Of a DNA stretch of 64,000 nucleotides, positions 20,457 to 31,387 are shown one piece after another. The stretch's first letter is position 1, and each line of letters begins with the position of its first letter. The position numbers and the translations under genes are program-made. Where the stretch lies: assembly GCA_030141605.1 (NCBI GenBank), contig JAQGDQ010002385.1, positions 186,001 to 250,000 on the forward strand. Reading direction: 5' to 3'. The notes beneath the pieces were generated by a model that saw only the letters and a program-made list of their open reading frames with translations, searched no databases and had not been told where the DNA came from. This DNA comes from Tubiluchus corallicola. Taxonomy: Eukaryota > Animalia > Priapulida.

Positions 20457-20906
20457 CTATCCTTCCAGCATATCAGAATATGTCGTAATTAACGCTATAT
20501 TTCTATAACCGGCCGCATTAATGACTCCCACAACCTCCATAATACGTCCATAGTTAACATTGCGATCCCCCCGGACAAAAATACGTATATCCTTATTTTC
20601 CTGCGAAACCGCTTTCAAACGTATCAGTAAAACTGATAAATCATTAACTTCTTCTTCTTGAAGGTAAACGTTACCTTCTACGTTGATTGACAAAGATAAA
20701 GGCGTCTCCTCACTACTGATCTCTCCAGCTCGCGTCTCCGGAAGATCCACAGAAACACCAACCGTTAACAAAGGAGCTGTCACCATAAAAATTACCAGCA
20801 GCACAAGCATAACATCAACAAAAGGCGTTACATTAATCTCGCTCATCATCACTCGTTTTCGACGCCTACCAGTATGCGATCCTCTATTATTCAGCAAAAA
20901 TGCCAT
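20457..20906 (-). CDS. tolR: TolR
   Basis: [24 protein letters not shown]; RGD..V.YG. Confidence 0.96.
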   Translation of the reverse strand: MAFLLNNRGSHTGRRRKRVMMSEINVTPFVDVMLVLLVIFMVTAPLLTVGVSVDLPETRAGEISSEETPLSLSINVEGNVYLQEEEVNDLSVLLIRLKAVSQENKDIRIFVRGDRNVNYGRIMEVVGVINAAGYRNIALITTYSDMLEG

Positions 20907-21631
20907 TAAGACACATTCCTCTTTTCAATATGTCTGGAAATCATCGCTAAAAACTCCTCCGAAAACATCTCAAGCCTTAACGCGTAACTATCTATATCAT
21001 GAGAAAATTTATTATAGCCTATCACAGCTGGTATCGCTGCGACAAGACCAATCGCCGTCGCAAAAAGAGCCTCCGCGATCCCAGGAGCAACAACCGCTAA
21101 AGATGTGTCTCGACTAGCTCCGATCGCCTGAAAACTATTCATAATTCCCCAAACAGTTCCTAAAAGACCAATAAATGGAGCCGTCGATCCTGTCGTCGCT
21201 AGAACTGTCATAAATTTCCCTATTTTCTCCATCTCACGATTAATAACCACTTGCATAATATTATTCATACGCCCTGTAATATAAGCATGAAGCTCCTTAT
21301 CATAAAAATTAACATCCTGAGCCTCAATACGACGCCACTCGTGCATCACAGAGCAAAAAAGCATAGAAAATGGATCTGCTGGCTTCCCATCTATCTTGTC
21401 ATATAAATTATCAAAAGTATCAGAGGCCCAAAAAGTATGCTCAAAACGATTCGCCTCTTTCCGTAAAGAATTCAATAGAAAAAATTTGTTAAATATTATA
21501 GCCCAGCACCAAACAGACGCTCCCAATAAAATAAAAATAACCAGCTTAACAACAGCATCCGCATGAAAAAACAAATCGGTTAACGAAAGGGAAGCAGAAG
21601 GCGTGGCCAGCTCTAAAACTTGCGTGTCCAT
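20906..21631 (-). CDS. tolQ: TolQ
   Basis: [19 protein letters not shown]; [21 protein letters not shown]. Confidence 0.97.
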   Translation of the reverse strand: MDTQVLELATPSASLSLTDLFFHADAVVKLVIFILLGASVWCWAIIFNKFFLLNSLRKEANRFEHTFWASDTFDNLYDKIDGKPADPFSMLFCSVMHEWRRIEAQDVNFYDKELHAYITGRMNNIMQVVINREMEKIGKFMTVLATTGSTAPFIGLLGTVWGIMNSFQAIGASRDTSLAVVAPGIAEALFATAIGLVAAIPAVIGYNKFSHDIDSYALRLEMFSEEFLAMISRHIEKRNVS

Positions 21632-21810
21632 AAATTACTCATACCTTAAAAACTTACGATTTTAAGCCTCTAATTGAAATGATTAGAAATATATTACCGG
21701 ATCATACCATCTGGTAAAACTAAACAAAAACATCTTAAATATTCCTTTATTTTACACATATTCACTCATTTTAAATACTCTTCTTTTTCATCTTATATCT
21801 TAAGTGGGAA

Positions 21811-22286
21811 TCAAACACTATTTTCCTTACCTGCCCGCAGTTTTCTAAATATCTCTACAAAATCCCTCGGCAAACGAACCAAACGCCCCACACTATTCAC
21901 ACAAAGAAGCTGAACAAAAATAACAACTCGCTTTTCCTCACAACGCTCATCATAAACCATATGACAAATCTCAACATGAGCCGACTTCAAGACAGAAACC
22001 TCCGAAACAACATAAATTAACTCATCAAGAGAACAGGGAATCTTATAGTCCGCAGAACATCGCCTAATCGCCCATAATAAACCATCAGGCGACAAAACAG
22101 ACGAGCCAGAGGGAGGACCAAAGCCGCCCGTAACATCTCATTACGCGCACGCTCAGCAATCTCAAAATAACGAGCGTGATACACAACGCCGCCTGAATCC
22201 GTATCACTGTAACAAATTCGAAACGGGTAATAATATTTTCGATCTCGAAAAAACCCTCTCTGCGAACAATCCTGATCATATACCAT
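21811..22286 (-). pseudogene. ybgC: YbgC acyl-CoA thioesterase split by a 1-nt frameshift (pseudogene or assembly indel)
   Basis: N-half ([23 protein letters not shown]) is in ORF 22017-22286. C-half ([25 protein letters not shown]) is in ORF 21811-22095. Canonical position between ruvB and tolQ. Confidence 0.8.
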
Positions 22287-22346
22287 ACAGCATAGCTCTC
22301 CGTTTTTCCTATGTTAGATCCATAACAGCTCTATACAACACACAAT

Positions 22347-23372
22347 CTAAAGAAGGCGATTCGGAGGCGAAAGCCCCAAATGATCCCAGGCCGATGACGA
22401 TAAAACACGTCCCCGCGGTGTCCGCATCAACAAACCTTGCTGTATCATATAAGGCTCTACAACTTCTTCTATTGTATCCTTCTGCTCCGATAACGCTGCC
22501 GCTAACGTCTCGATACCCACAGGTCCTCCACCATAATGATCCGCTATACATCTCAAATAACGACGATCCATCGCATCAAGCCCTAACTTATCAACCTCTA
22601 AACGATCCAGCGCCGCGCCAGCAACAAAAGAATCAATCGGTGAGCGACCCGCAACAGCCGCAAAATCACGAATACGGCGTAATAAACGTCCCGCGACACG
22701 AGGAGTCCCACGGCAACGAGTCGCGATCTCATAACTCCCCTCCGGCGTTAACTCAACCCCTAAAAGGCGTGCCTGGCGATCAACCACTTGCTGAAGCTCC
22801 TCTGGCGTATAAAAAACCATCTGAGTCAATATACCAAACCGCTCCCGCAAAGGCATCGTAATCAATCCAGAGCGAGTCGTTGCCCCAACAAGCGTAAAAG
22901 GAGGCAAATCAATCCGAACAGAGCGCGCAGACGGGCCCTCCCCAATCATTAAATCCAAATGAAAATCCTCCATAGCCGGATATAAAATCTCTTCAATCGC
23001 TGGATTTAAACGATGAATCTCATCAATAAATAAAACATCATGCGCCTGAAGATTCGTCAACAGCGCCGCTAAATCGCCCGACTTCGCAATAATAGGGCCT
23101 GCTGTCGCCCGAAAGTTCACCTTAAGCTCATTCGCTAAAATCTGTGAAAGAGTCGTCTTTCCCAACCCAGGCGGCCCATAAAATAACACATGATCCAACG
23201 CTTCATTACGACGGCGCGCCGCCTCAATAAAAACTTTCAGATTCTCTCGTATAGACTGCTGCCCTATAAACTCGTCCAGAGTTTTCGGGCGCAACGCAAT
23301 ATCAAAAGCTTCCCGATCCTGAGGAAGCGCTTCTCCCGACACAAGACGCTCTCCCTGATTATCTTTCTCCAT
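22347..23372 (-). CDS. ruvB: Holliday junction helicase RuvB
   Basis: [34 protein letters not shown]. Confidence 0.98.
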   Translation of the reverse strand: MEKDNQGERLVSGEALPQDREAFDIALRPKTLDEFIGQQSIRENLKVFIEAARRRNEALDHVLFYGPPGLGKTTLSQILANELKVNFRATAGPIIAKSGDLAALLTNLQAHDVLFIDEIHRLNPAIEEILYPAMEDFHLDLMIGEGPSARSVRIDLPPFTLVGATTRSGLITMPLRERFGILTQMVFYTPEELQQVVDRQARLLGVELTPEGSYEIATRCRGTPRVAGRLLRRIRDFAAVAGRSPIDSFVAGAALDRLEVDKLGLDAMDRRYLRCIADHYGGGPVGIETLAAALSEQKDTIEEVVEPYMIQQGLLMRTPRGRVLSSSAWDHLGLSPPNRLL

Positions 23373-23381
23373 CCTCTTCCC

Positions 23382-24014
23382 CTACTGAGATAAAACCGTT
23401 AACGATTCTCGTATTAATATCTCCAGCGACATCTCTTCCGAATCCTTTCCCAAAATAGACAGCACAACCCGTAAGCTCTCTCCTCGAGCGTAACCAAGAT
23501 TAGAAAGCGCAGAAACCGCATCCTTAACAATAGCATCTTCTAAATGATTCCCCAATTCTCCCGCTGAAGAAAGAGATAACGTCGATGAATCAGAAGACGG
23601 CGTCTCCAAAACAAAACCACCTACACGTTCCTGTAACTCGCTGATAATCCGACCCGCCAACTTCGGACCGATTCCTGGAACGCGTGAAAGAGAAGCTTTA
23701 TCCCCAGAAACAATAATCTGAAGAAGATCATCAACAAAAAAAAGAGATAAGATTGCCTGCGCGACCTTCCCGCCAACTCCCTGAACAGCCCGCAATAATA
23801 TAAAACAATCCTGCTCACGACGTGACATAAATCCATAAAGATGAATATCACTCTCCCGAACATGCGCCTCTATCCAAAGCGTAATCGAATCCCCAATAGA
23901 AACTGAATCGAGAATCCGACGAGAACAATAAACAAGATAACCAACGCCCAATACATCAACAATTAAACTGTCTTCTCCACTATAGTCAACAATCCCTTTT
24001 AGTTTCGCTATCAT
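23382..24014 (-). CDS. ruvA: Holliday junction binding protein RuvA
   Basis: MIAKLKG, GVGY, HVRE, HhH motifs VQGVGGK and VPGIGPK. Confidence 0.96.
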   Translation of the reverse strand: MIAKLKGIVDYSGEDSLIVDVLGVGYLVYCSRRILDSVSIGDSITLWIEAHVRESDIHLYGFMSRREQDCFILLRAVQGVGGKVAQAILSLFFVDDLLQIIVSGDKASLSRVPGIGPKLAGRIISELQERVGGFVLETPSSDSSTLSLSSAGELGNHLEDAIVKDAVSALSNLGYARGESLRVVLSILGKDSEEMSLEILIRESLTVLSQ

Positions 24015-24053
24015 CCCCTATTCCCTTCCATAACTGCTAAAAACCAATTCTCC

Positions 24054-24542
24054 TTAACGATGATAGCCATGAGGATAAATGGCATGGCAAACAGCAACCG
24101 CCAAAGCGTCAGAAGCGTCTTTTTCTGAAACATCAACCCCCGGCAATAATACTGAAATCATCGCCTGAACCTGCTCTTTAGCAGAGCGTCCTCCTCCTGT
24201 AATCGTTTTTTTAATCTGAGTCGCGTCATACTCAAAAACAGATAACTTATAAAAGGCCGGCACCAGTAGCGCAATACCACGCGCTTGCCCTAACAATAAG
24301 GTTGATGAAGGATTCTTATTGACAAATACCTTCTCAACAGAAGCCTCCTGCGGATTATAATGCATTATTACATCGCTTAAACCTTCGTAAATCTTCAGTA
24401 AACGACACTCCAAAGGCAAATCAACAGGAGGTCTGATAACGCCATGAGAAACATGCGAAACTTTTACACCTTCATGGGCAATAATACCCCAACCCGTACA
24501 GCGCAGACCAGGGTCGATGCCAACAATCGTTATCGCGCTCAA
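24054..24542 (-). CDS. ruvC: Holliday junction resolvase RuvC
   Basis: [24 protein letters not shown]. Confidence 0.96.
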   Translation of the reverse strand: MSAITIVGIDPGLRCTGWGIIAHEGVKVSHVSHGVIRPPVDLPLECRLLKIYEGLSDVIMHYNPQEASVEKVFVNKNPSSTLLLGQARGIALLVPAFYKLSVFEYDATQIKKTITGGGRSAKEQVQAMISVLLPGVDVSEKDASDALAVAVCHAIYPHGYHR

Positions 24543-25288
24543 AAACTAAGCCTTTCCAAAATCTCATCCGCAATTTCAAAATTCGCCGCAACACGTTGAA
24601 CATCATCGTTATCCTCTAACACACTAATTAACTTTAATAAAGTCGAACCTTTATCCTCATCAAGCTCAATCGTGTTTTGCGGCTTCCAATCTAAATGAGC
24701 CTCTTGAGGCTCTCCAAGCTGCGCCTCCAGCGCATCGCGAACCATCCCTAAATCCTCCGGCGCGCATATAATCTCATGCCTGTCCTCGTCAGAAGAAACA
24801 TCTGTCGCTCCCGCCTCTAAAGCGCTCTCAAAAACAATTTCCGCCTCCCCTACCGAAACGTCATATACAATAAGACCAATACGATCAAACATAAAACTAA
24901 CACTGCCCGTTTCCGCTAAATTTCCCCCGTTCTTCGAAAAAGTAGAACGAACTTCCGACGCTGTCCTATTACGATTATCCGTCAATGCTTCCACAATAAT
25001 GGCAACGCCACCAGGACCATAGCCCTCATAACGAATCTCTTCGTAAACAAGGCCATCATCTCCTCCTGCTCCCTTCTTGATCGCACGCTCTATATTATCT
25101 TTAGGCATATTCGCTGCGCGCGCCGCTGAAATCGCAGATCGTAAACGTGGATTCATATCAGGATCCGGAAAACCCATACGTGTAGCAACAATTAATTCCC
25201 GTATTAATTTTGTAAATACTTTTGCTCGCTTGGCATCCTGAGCCCCCTTGCGATGCATAATATTCTTAAATTTTGAATGACCCGCCAT
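24539..25288 (-). CDS. yebC: YebC/PmpR family protein
   Basis: [30 protein letters not shown]. Confidence 0.96.
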   Translation of the reverse strand: MAGHSKFKNIMHRKGAQDAKRAKVFTKLIRELIVATRMGFPDPDMNPRLRSAISAARAANMPKDNIERAIKKGAGGDDGLVYEEIRYEGYGPGGVAIIVEALTDNRNRTASEVRSTFSKNGGNLAETGSVSFMFDRIGLIVYDVSVGEAEIVFESALEAGATDVSSDEDRHEIICAPEDLGMVRDALEAQLGEPQEAHLDWKPQNTIELDEDKGSTLLKLISVLEDNDDVQRVAANFEIADEILERLSF

Positions 25289-25413
25289 AGCCTTCTTTCC
25301 TTAGTTATTCCTTATAATAAAAATTTAAACTCTATAACAATCTCGTAAAAATATGCCCTTACTATACCTTTTCTTTTTTTCTTTTTCCACCGCTTAAATC
25401 ACAAAAGATTCCA

Positions 25414-26235
25414 TCACTCCCATGCTGGAAGGCACTGCGGTAAAATCCCTCCCATAATAACCGGAGAGACTCGCAACGCCAAGCCCGTCTTATCGCAAAT
25501 ATCAACCATAATAGCGGAAAGAGTCGCGGGACCACAGGCCGGCTCCAGCCGTCTTCCCGGCAAAGAAGATAAAGAGCGTTCCAAAACAATCTCCGCATCC
25601 ATCCCAATAACAGAATCATAATCACCACACATTCCAACATCTGTCTGAAACGCTGTCCCATTACGCAAGATTCTCACATCCGCCGTGGGAATATGAACAT
25701 GTGTTCCCACAACTAGACTGGCACGACCATCCGCAAGATAAGCAATCGTTCCCTTCTCACTTGTCAATTCCGCATGAATGTCAATCACAAGCGCATCAAG
25801 ATTCTTCCCTAAAATCGTCTCAAAAAGAAAAGACTGCAAAACTAAAAACGGATTATCACACGGCTTCATGGTCATTAAACATCCCGAAAGAGCCACGACT
25901 CCCACACGCTTACCGTCTTTTGTTTTAAAAACGCAAAACCCACGACCTGGCGTGCCAGCGGCATAATTAAGAGGTCTTAAAACATACGGCATATCATCAA
26001 TCGAAGTAATAAGCTCACGCTGATCCCAACAGTGATTCCCCAAGGTGATAACATCAACGCCAAAAGAAAACAGATCCGCACAATTTTTCTTGGTGATCCC
26101 GAAACCATGCGACGCATTCTCACCATTTACAATCACGCAATCCAAATGAAATCGCTCTCGCAAATCCGGAACATAATCAGCAATCGCCTGCCGACCACTA
26201 CGCCCCACAACATCACCGCAAAATAATATTCTCAT
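25414..26235 (-). CDS. YmdB-like (TIGR00282) metallophosphoesterase
   Basis: GDVVG, NGEN, GNH, DIHAE, GTHVH, TDVGMCG. Confidence 0.92.
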   Translation of the reverse strand: MRILFCGDVVGRSGRQAIADYVPDLRERFHLDCVIVNGENASHGFGITKKNCADLFSFGVDVITLGNHCWDQRELITSIDDMPYVLRPLNYAAGTPGRGFCVFKTKDGKRVGVVALSGCLMTMKPCDNPFLVLQSFLFETILGKNLDALVIDIHAELTSEKGTIAYLADGRASLVVGTHVHIPTADVRILRNGTAFQTDVGMCGDYDSVIGMDAEIVLERSLSSLPGRRLEPACGPATLSAIMVDICDKTGLALRVSPVIMGGILPQCLPAWE

Positions 26236-26888
26236 CTTTCTGAAAATTCCTTAAAAATAAAATAATCCTTCTCGGTTATAAGCGCGTCCAGCTTTCTGTC
26301 ACCAAAACCAACCGGAACACGCTCCACACACTGCCATGACCAGCCTAAACCAACCCATCTTATACACGATCGATCTTTCCCCAAAGCCTCAAAACGACTT
26401 TCAAGAAACGCGAGCGTCCGATCATAAAACCCTCCTCCATGACCCAGCCTATTCCCCCAATAATCAAACGCGACCAACGGCACAAATATAATATCCGGCT
26501 CGCTATATGGAGAAAAAGAGGGAGGCTCTTGTATACCGTAATGCCCCTTTTTTAACATCATATCAGGAAACCAACGGCGAAAAGACAAGGACTCTCCTTT
26601 AGAAATAACAACAGGTAAAGAGCAGCTATACCCTCGGCTTTCAAAAAGCCTCATAAGAAAAAAACAATCCGGCTCACCTCCTAAAGCCGCATAGCCGCCA
26701 ACAGAAAAAAGAGCATGATCAGAACAAAAAGATTCAGAAAAAATCTCATTTAGAAAACGATTCCCTTGCGCGCATAAATTTGACTGCAACGCAAAATACT
26801 CCTCTGGCGCCAAAGTGCGGCGACGTGAAAGAATCACTTTTCTGATGTTTGATTTTTGCCTCTTTATCTCTTTTTTTTTATTGCCCAT
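26232..26888 (-). CDS. ygfA: 5-formyltetrahydrofolate cyclo-ligase
   Basis: VPLVAFD..GNRLGHGGGFYDRTL; lies downstream of 6S RNA. Confidence 0.92.
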   Translation of the reverse strand: MGNKKKEIKRQKSNIRKVILSRRRTLAPEEYFALQSNLCAQGNRFLNEIFSESFCSDHALFSVGGYAALGGEPDCFFLMRLFESRGYSCSLPVVISKGESLSFRRWFPDMMLKKGHYGIQEPPSFSPYSEPDIIFVPLVAFDYWGNRLGHGGGFYDRTLAFLESRFEALGKDRSCIRWVGLGWSWQCVERVPVGFGDRKLDALITEKDYFIFKEFSER

Positions 26889-26974
26889 ATATTACCACCA
26901 TTCGTGCAGAATAATATTCTACTCAACATAGGGTTCTCAGAAAATAAAAAAACGGAAACAGGAAAGAAAATAAG

Positions 26975-27139
26975 CGGGATATAGCCATAAAAGACCGTCG
27001 AATATACTATCCTCCATGACCTGTACTTACAGGTGGAAGCCACATGATAATCCCACAAGATTAATAGAGGCAGCCTCCAAGAGTTTAACTTTAGGGCCCA
27101 GGGACTATAATCTAACGAGTCCTATAGCCAATATCCCTT
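26975..27139 (-). ncRNA. ssrS: 6S RNA
   Basis: Canonical zapA-ssrS-ygfA position. Ends pair (GGGATAT..ATATCCC). Contains alphaproteobacterial 6S-like segments TCCCTGGGCCCT, GGAGGCTGCC, CCACCTG and GGAGGAT. About 165 nt with an upstream promoter. Confidence 0.85.
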
Positions 27140-27145
27140 CTTGTT

Positions 27146-27174
27146 ATATTACTCATTTTTTTCCGAAAACGCAA
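27146..27174 (-). promoter_or_regulatory. Sigma70 promoter of 6S RNA overlapping the end of zapA
   Basis: TTGCGT-N17-TAATAT, ending about 7 nt before the predicted 6S 5' end. Confidence 0.65.
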
Positions 27175-27526
27175 GCATTTCCATCACTTTTTCTAAACGG
27201 GATAAAAGAGCGGCTATTCGTGTTTCATACTTCGAGGTCATCTGCGTAAAGTGGCGCATTTGCTCCTCATGCTCAAGATGCAACACGTTAGACTGTTTCT
27301 CCCGCTCCTCATAGGAATCCTTAAGGTCTTCAAGCTCATCCGCCAGCAGAAAACTAACAACAACCATTAATTGCTCTCGATTCTCAAAAAAAGATGGCGA
27401 TGCCTCCAGAAGTGATCGAGCACACGAATCAATATAAACTGCAAGAGTTTTTAAACGTTCCTCTTCTCCTTCTCCACACGTAAGATCGTAAAACTCGCCT
27501 GCTATTGATACCTTTATGTCCGCCAT
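27149..27526 (-). CDS. zapA: Cell division protein ZapA
   Basis: I.VSIAG..YDLTCGEGEEERL..LA..ID; LLADEL. Confidence 0.88.
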   Translation of the reverse strand: MADIKVSIAGEFYDLTCGEGEEERLKTLAVYIDSCARSLLEASPSFFENREQLMVVVSFLLADELEDLKDSYEEREKQSNVLHLEHEEQMRHFTQMTSKYETRIAALLSRLEKVMEMLAFSEKNE

Positions 27527-27536
27527 AATTTCAAAA

Positions 27537-28112
27537 CTAGCCTTCCTCTAAAAGATTTTTAAAACGATCAATAATCGTCTCTAGATTTTTCGCAAATATT
27601 TCTCGTTCCTCATATAACTTCTTTAAAATTTCATCTCTTTCCTTCAAAATCGCTTGAAGAGACGATATTTCCTCCATACTCCCTCTAGTAGTACCATCCT
27701 CCCAAGAGCGATCCTGCAAAGCAGACTGCAGTTTCTTATTTTCATGATCCAGCGATTTTATAGAAAAGGATAATTGCCCATTATGCGTCTTATATTCCTC
27801 TAAATTAGAACATAAACGAGTAATAACAGCTTCTCGCTCCTGCAAAAGAGATAGTAAACGCTTCTTATCATCCTCACCAGATCGCACCATTAAGCGCAAC
27901 TTATCCCATTCTTCTTTCGTATGATCATCTCCCCCAGAAATCCGCAAACGATCACATTCTTCCCGTAAAAAACGAATCGTCTCTTCCTGTTGGCGTTCCT
28001 TCGTTTGAAATCGCCCAGAAGAACTTAACGCTAAATGTTCCAGACGCTCAACAGAATCCTCAAGATTCTCCAGTGCATTCTCAAACGATTCCAAATTATA
28101 ATGCCGCCCCAT
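27537..28112 (-). CDS. Coiled-coil protein upstream of zapA (ZauP/DUF4164-like position)
   Basis: Heptad-rich helical sequence; N-terminal ALENLEDSVERLE and C-terminal LETIIDRFKNLLE; co-oriented with zapA. Confidence 0.55.
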   Translation of the reverse strand: MGRHYNLESFENALENLEDSVERLEHLALSSSGRFQTKERQQEETIRFLREECDRLRISGGDDHTKEEWDKLRLMVRSGEDDKKRLLSLLQEREAVITRLCSNLEEYKTHNGQLSFSIKSLDHENKKLQSALQDRSWEDGTTRGSMEEISSLQAILKERDEILKKLYEEREIFAKNLETIIDRFKNLLEEG

Positions 28113-28377
28113 ATAATACGCTCTCTAAAATCAATTTTTTAACAACTCTTGTCAACATTACTACAAATAATTGAAGATATAATAAACATTATAATAAATA
28201 CATTTTAGTTTATAATAGATTAATATAGAATTTACTTTACTCTCAACTGTTTTAAATATAAAACACAATTAAGACTAAAAAATATAAAATATAATTAAAA
28301 ATTTAATCAGGCTTTATGGAATTATTTCAAATCAATAGCACAATTTATTTTACTGAATTTATAAGGAGCTAATAATT

Positions 28378-29382
28378 ATGACTGTTCGTGTTGCCATTAA
28401 TGGTTTTGGCCGAATTGGCCGCCTCTCACTACGCGCTATTATCGAATCAAAAAGAGAAGACGTTGAAGTCGTCGCCATCAACGATCTGGGTTCCGCAGAA
28501 GCAAACGCTCATCTGCTTAAATATGACTCCGTCCACGGAAGACTCAATGCCGATGTCTCCGCGGACAGCGACTTTCTCTCTATCAATGGAAAAAAAATAA
28601 AAGTCCTCGCCGAGCGCGATCCGGCTACTCTTCCATGGAAAGAGCTTGATATTGATGTTGTTTTCGAATGTACCGGTATCTTCACTTCTCATGATCAAGC
28701 CTCTCTTCACGTTAAAGGCGGCGCAAAAAAAGTGCTTGTTTCCGCCCCCGCAAGCGGTGCGGATTTAACCGTTGTCTATGGCGTAAATCACGACAAGCTT
28801 CAATCTGACCATGTCATTGTCTCTAACGCATCATGCACAACAAACTGCCTTGCTCCCGTCGCTTACGTTTTGAATAACACAATCGGAATTGAACGGGGAT
28901 ATATGACAACTATACACGCCTATACTGGTGATCAGCTGACTCTCGACCGCCTTCACTCAGACCCAAGACGAGCAAGAGCTGCCGCTATGTCCATGATTCC
29001 AACAACAACAGGTGCCGCAAGAGCCGTTGGACTCGTCCTTCCTGAGCTCGCAGGAAAGCTAGACGGATCTGCTATCCGTGTTCCAACACCTAATGTTTCG
29101 GTCGTCGATCTTACATTCATTTCAGGTCGTGATACAACTGCAGAAGAAGTCAATACCGCCCTGAAAAACGCGTCAGAAGGTTCTCTAAAAGGTGTTCTTG
29201 ATTATGTGACAGAGCCTCTCGTTTCTATCGACTATAACCATAACGAGCACAGCTCCATCTTTGATGCGACACAAACACAAATTATCGACGGAAATCTCGT
29301 GCGTATCGTCTCATGGTACGACAATGAATGGGGATTCTCAAACCGTATGCCCGATACCGCCATCGCAATGATGAACGCATAG
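28378..29382 (+). CDS. gap: Type I glyceraldehyde-3-phosphate dehydrogenase
   Basis: [26 protein letters not shown]; RBS AAGGAG. Confidence 0.98.
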   Translation: MTVRVAINGFGRIGRLSLRAIIESKREDVEVVAINDLGSAEANAHLLKYDSVHGRLNADVSADSDFLSINGKKIKVLAERDPATLPWKELDIDVVFECTGIFTSHDQASLHVKGGAKKVLVSAPASGADLTVVYGVNHDKLQSDHVIVSNASCTTNCLAPVAYVLNNTIGIERGYMTTIHAYTGDQLTLDRLHSDPRRARAAAMSMIPTTTGAARAVGLVLPELAGKLDGSAIRVPTPNVSVVDLTFISGRDTTAEEVNTALKNASEGSLKGVLDYVTEPLVSIDYNHNEHSSIFDATQTQIIDGNLVRIVSWYDNEWGFSNRMPDTAIAMMNA

Positions 29383-29423
29383 ATAAATAATTATTTTACA
29401 CTTCTGTTGATAAGAGCAAACAT

Positions 29424-29459
29424 TTAAAAAAGCTATCTCATAGAAGGTAGCTTTTTTAA
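29424..29459 (+). terminator. Intrinsic terminator after gap
   Basis: AAAAAAGCTATCT-N6-AGGTAGCTTTTTT hairpin with T tail. Confidence 0.8.
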
Positions 29460-29545
29460 GTGATCCATACATATAATCAATTATTCAACTCTATGGTAAA
29501 GCAATTAAAAGCGTAAAAGGGCTCCGCATAATCGTAAAATTTTAC

Positions 29546-29574
29546 TTGTATGGCAAGAAAAATTTCTCCATACT
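29546..29574 (+). promoter_or_regulatory. Putative sigma70 promoter of the gcv operon
   Basis: (C)TTGTAT-N17-CATACT about 150 nt upstream of gcvT. Confidence 0.5.
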
Positions 29575-29727
29575 ATTTTAAGCCTTGTAAGAGTCTGAGC
29601 AGCAAAAACCACTCGAGCATACCACTAAAACACTCTCAAAAAACAATCATAATCCTTAAAATAATGAAAGAAAAAATATTCTTCCTCACTTCATGAAAAC
29701 AGAGAGACTTTTTCGGAGATAACAATC

Positions 29728-30837
29728 ATGACAACCCCTACTCAAGCCCCTCCTCTCTATACACTCCACAAAAAATTAAACGCAAAATTCGTCTCTTTCG
29801 CTGGCTATCTCATGCCTCTCCAATATGCTGGCATTATCACAGAGCATAACCATACCAGAAAATATGCCTCTCTTTTTGATGTTTCACACATGGGGCAAGC
29901 TATCCTTAAAAGTAGCGGAAATGTGCAAAAATCCCTTGAAAAACTCGTTACCGGAAATATTCAAGAGCTAAAACCCGGGCAAATGCGCTATACTCTCCTT
30001 ACAAATGAAAAAGGCGGAATCATTGACGATCTCATGGTCACATGGACCGGAGAGCATCTCATCCTTGTTATCAATGCAAATAATAAAAAAGAAAATTTCA
30101 CCTATTTGAAAAACAACCTCCCAGAATGTTCCCTTGAAATCATAGAGCATAACGCCCTTCTTGCTCTCCAAGGGCCAACAGCTGCCAGTATTCTCTCTCA
30201 ATTCACAAATGAGCACGAAAATCTCGCTTTCCTTAATGGAAAAAACATGACTGTCAACGGCATAAAATGTTATGTTACACGATCGGGATACACAGGAGAA
30301 GACGGATTTGAAATCTCTGTCCACCAAGAACAAGCAGAAAAGCTCGCTGATTCATTTTTAGACAGCTCTCATCTTCTTCCCGCAGGCCTTGGCGCAAGAG
30401 ACTCTCTTAGGCTCGAGGCAGGGCTCTGCCTTCATGGATCTGATATCACGTCAGAAACAACCCCTATCGAAGCAACGCTCCGGTGGGCCATTGGAAAACG
30501 ACGTTTAGAAGAAAAAAACTTCCCAGGCGCAAAAATAATCTGCCAGCAAATTGCTAATATCCCTCCAAAAAAGCGTATCGGGCTTAAAATTACTGGAAAA
30601 CTCCCAGCACGTACAGGAGCCGCCATTCTAGCAGAAGAAGGACAAACAATCGGTACCATAACAAGCGGAGGATATAGCCCAACACTTGAAACAGCTATCG
30701 CTATGGGGTATGTTCCACCAGAATACGCGCAGGAAAATCAAAAGCTCACCCTTGCTGTCCGGAACAAAATCCTGCATGCCACCGTCGTAAAGCTTCCTTT
30801 CATTACACCCAATTATTTCAGAGGAAAAACACTATAA
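29728..30837 (+). CDS. gcvT: Glycine cleavage aminomethyltransferase T
   Basis: LFDVSHMG, GGIIDDL, ALQGP, RSGYTGEDGFE, GLGARDSLRLEAG. Confidence 0.97.
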   Translation: MTTPTQAPPLYTLHKKLNAKFVSFAGYLMPLQYAGIITEHNHTRKYASLFDVSHMGQAILKSSGNVQKSLEKLVTGNIQELKPGQMRYTLLTNEKGGIIDDLMVTWTGEHLILVINANNKKENFTYLKNNLPECSLEIIEHNALLALQGPTAASILSQFTNEHENLAFLNGKNMTVNGIKCYVTRSGYTGEDGFEISVHQEQAEKLADSFLDSSHLLPAGLGARDSLRLEAGLCLHGSDITSETTPIEATLRWAIGKRRLEEKNFPGAKIICQQIANIPPKKRIGLKITGKLPARTGAAILAEEGQTIGTITSGGYSPTLETAIAMGYVPPEYAQENQKLTLAVRNKILHATVVKLPFITPNYFRGKTL

Positions 30838-30987
30838 ACAACTCTTTACGGGAAAATATATACCCTTCTTTACATAAACAATTCCTATATTTTTTCAAAT
30901 TTTGCTTAGAACAAAAATAAATATAAAATAATATCATTATTATATTGTAGTGATTCTAAATCTACTAAAGAATTTAAGGAGGAAAAA

Positions 30988-31359
30988 ATGCCTAAAAAAT
31001 ATACAAGAGAACATGAGTGGGTGCTTATTGATGGCGACGTCGCAACAATTGGAATTACTAATTTCGCGCAAGAGCAACTTGGTGATCTTGTTTATGTTGA
31101 GCTTCCTGAAATCAGTAAAAAACTTAACCAGGGAGAAGAGTGCGCTGTCGTCGAGTCTGTCAAAGCCGCCAGTGAAGTCAATATTCCACTGACAGGTGAA
31201 ATTATTGAGGTCAACTTGGATTTGGAAAGCAAGCCTGCTCTGATTAATGAAGATCCGGAAAATGAAGGATGGATCTTTAAAATGGCCTTGGCTGATAAAG
31301 CTGAACTTGAACTCCTCATGGATAAAACTACCTACGAAACCTTTATTTCCAATGAGTAA
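30988..31359 (+). CDS. gcvH: Glycine cleavage H protein
   Basis: HEWV, GITNFAQEQLGD, lipoyl site VESVKA. Confidence 0.97.
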   Translation: MPKKYTREHEWVLIDGDVATIGITNFAQEQLGDLVYVELPEISKKLNQGEECAVVESVKAASEVNIPLTGEIIEVNLDLESKPALINEDPENEGWIFKMALADKAELELLMDKTTYETFISNE

Positions 31360-31387
31360 AACACGTTAATCATAAAAGAGGAACACT

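Noticed and set aside
28113-28377. Very AT-rich spacer as a replication origin
   Set aside because: No cluster of DnaA boxes seen and no apparent skew switch; it fits a divergent promoter region.
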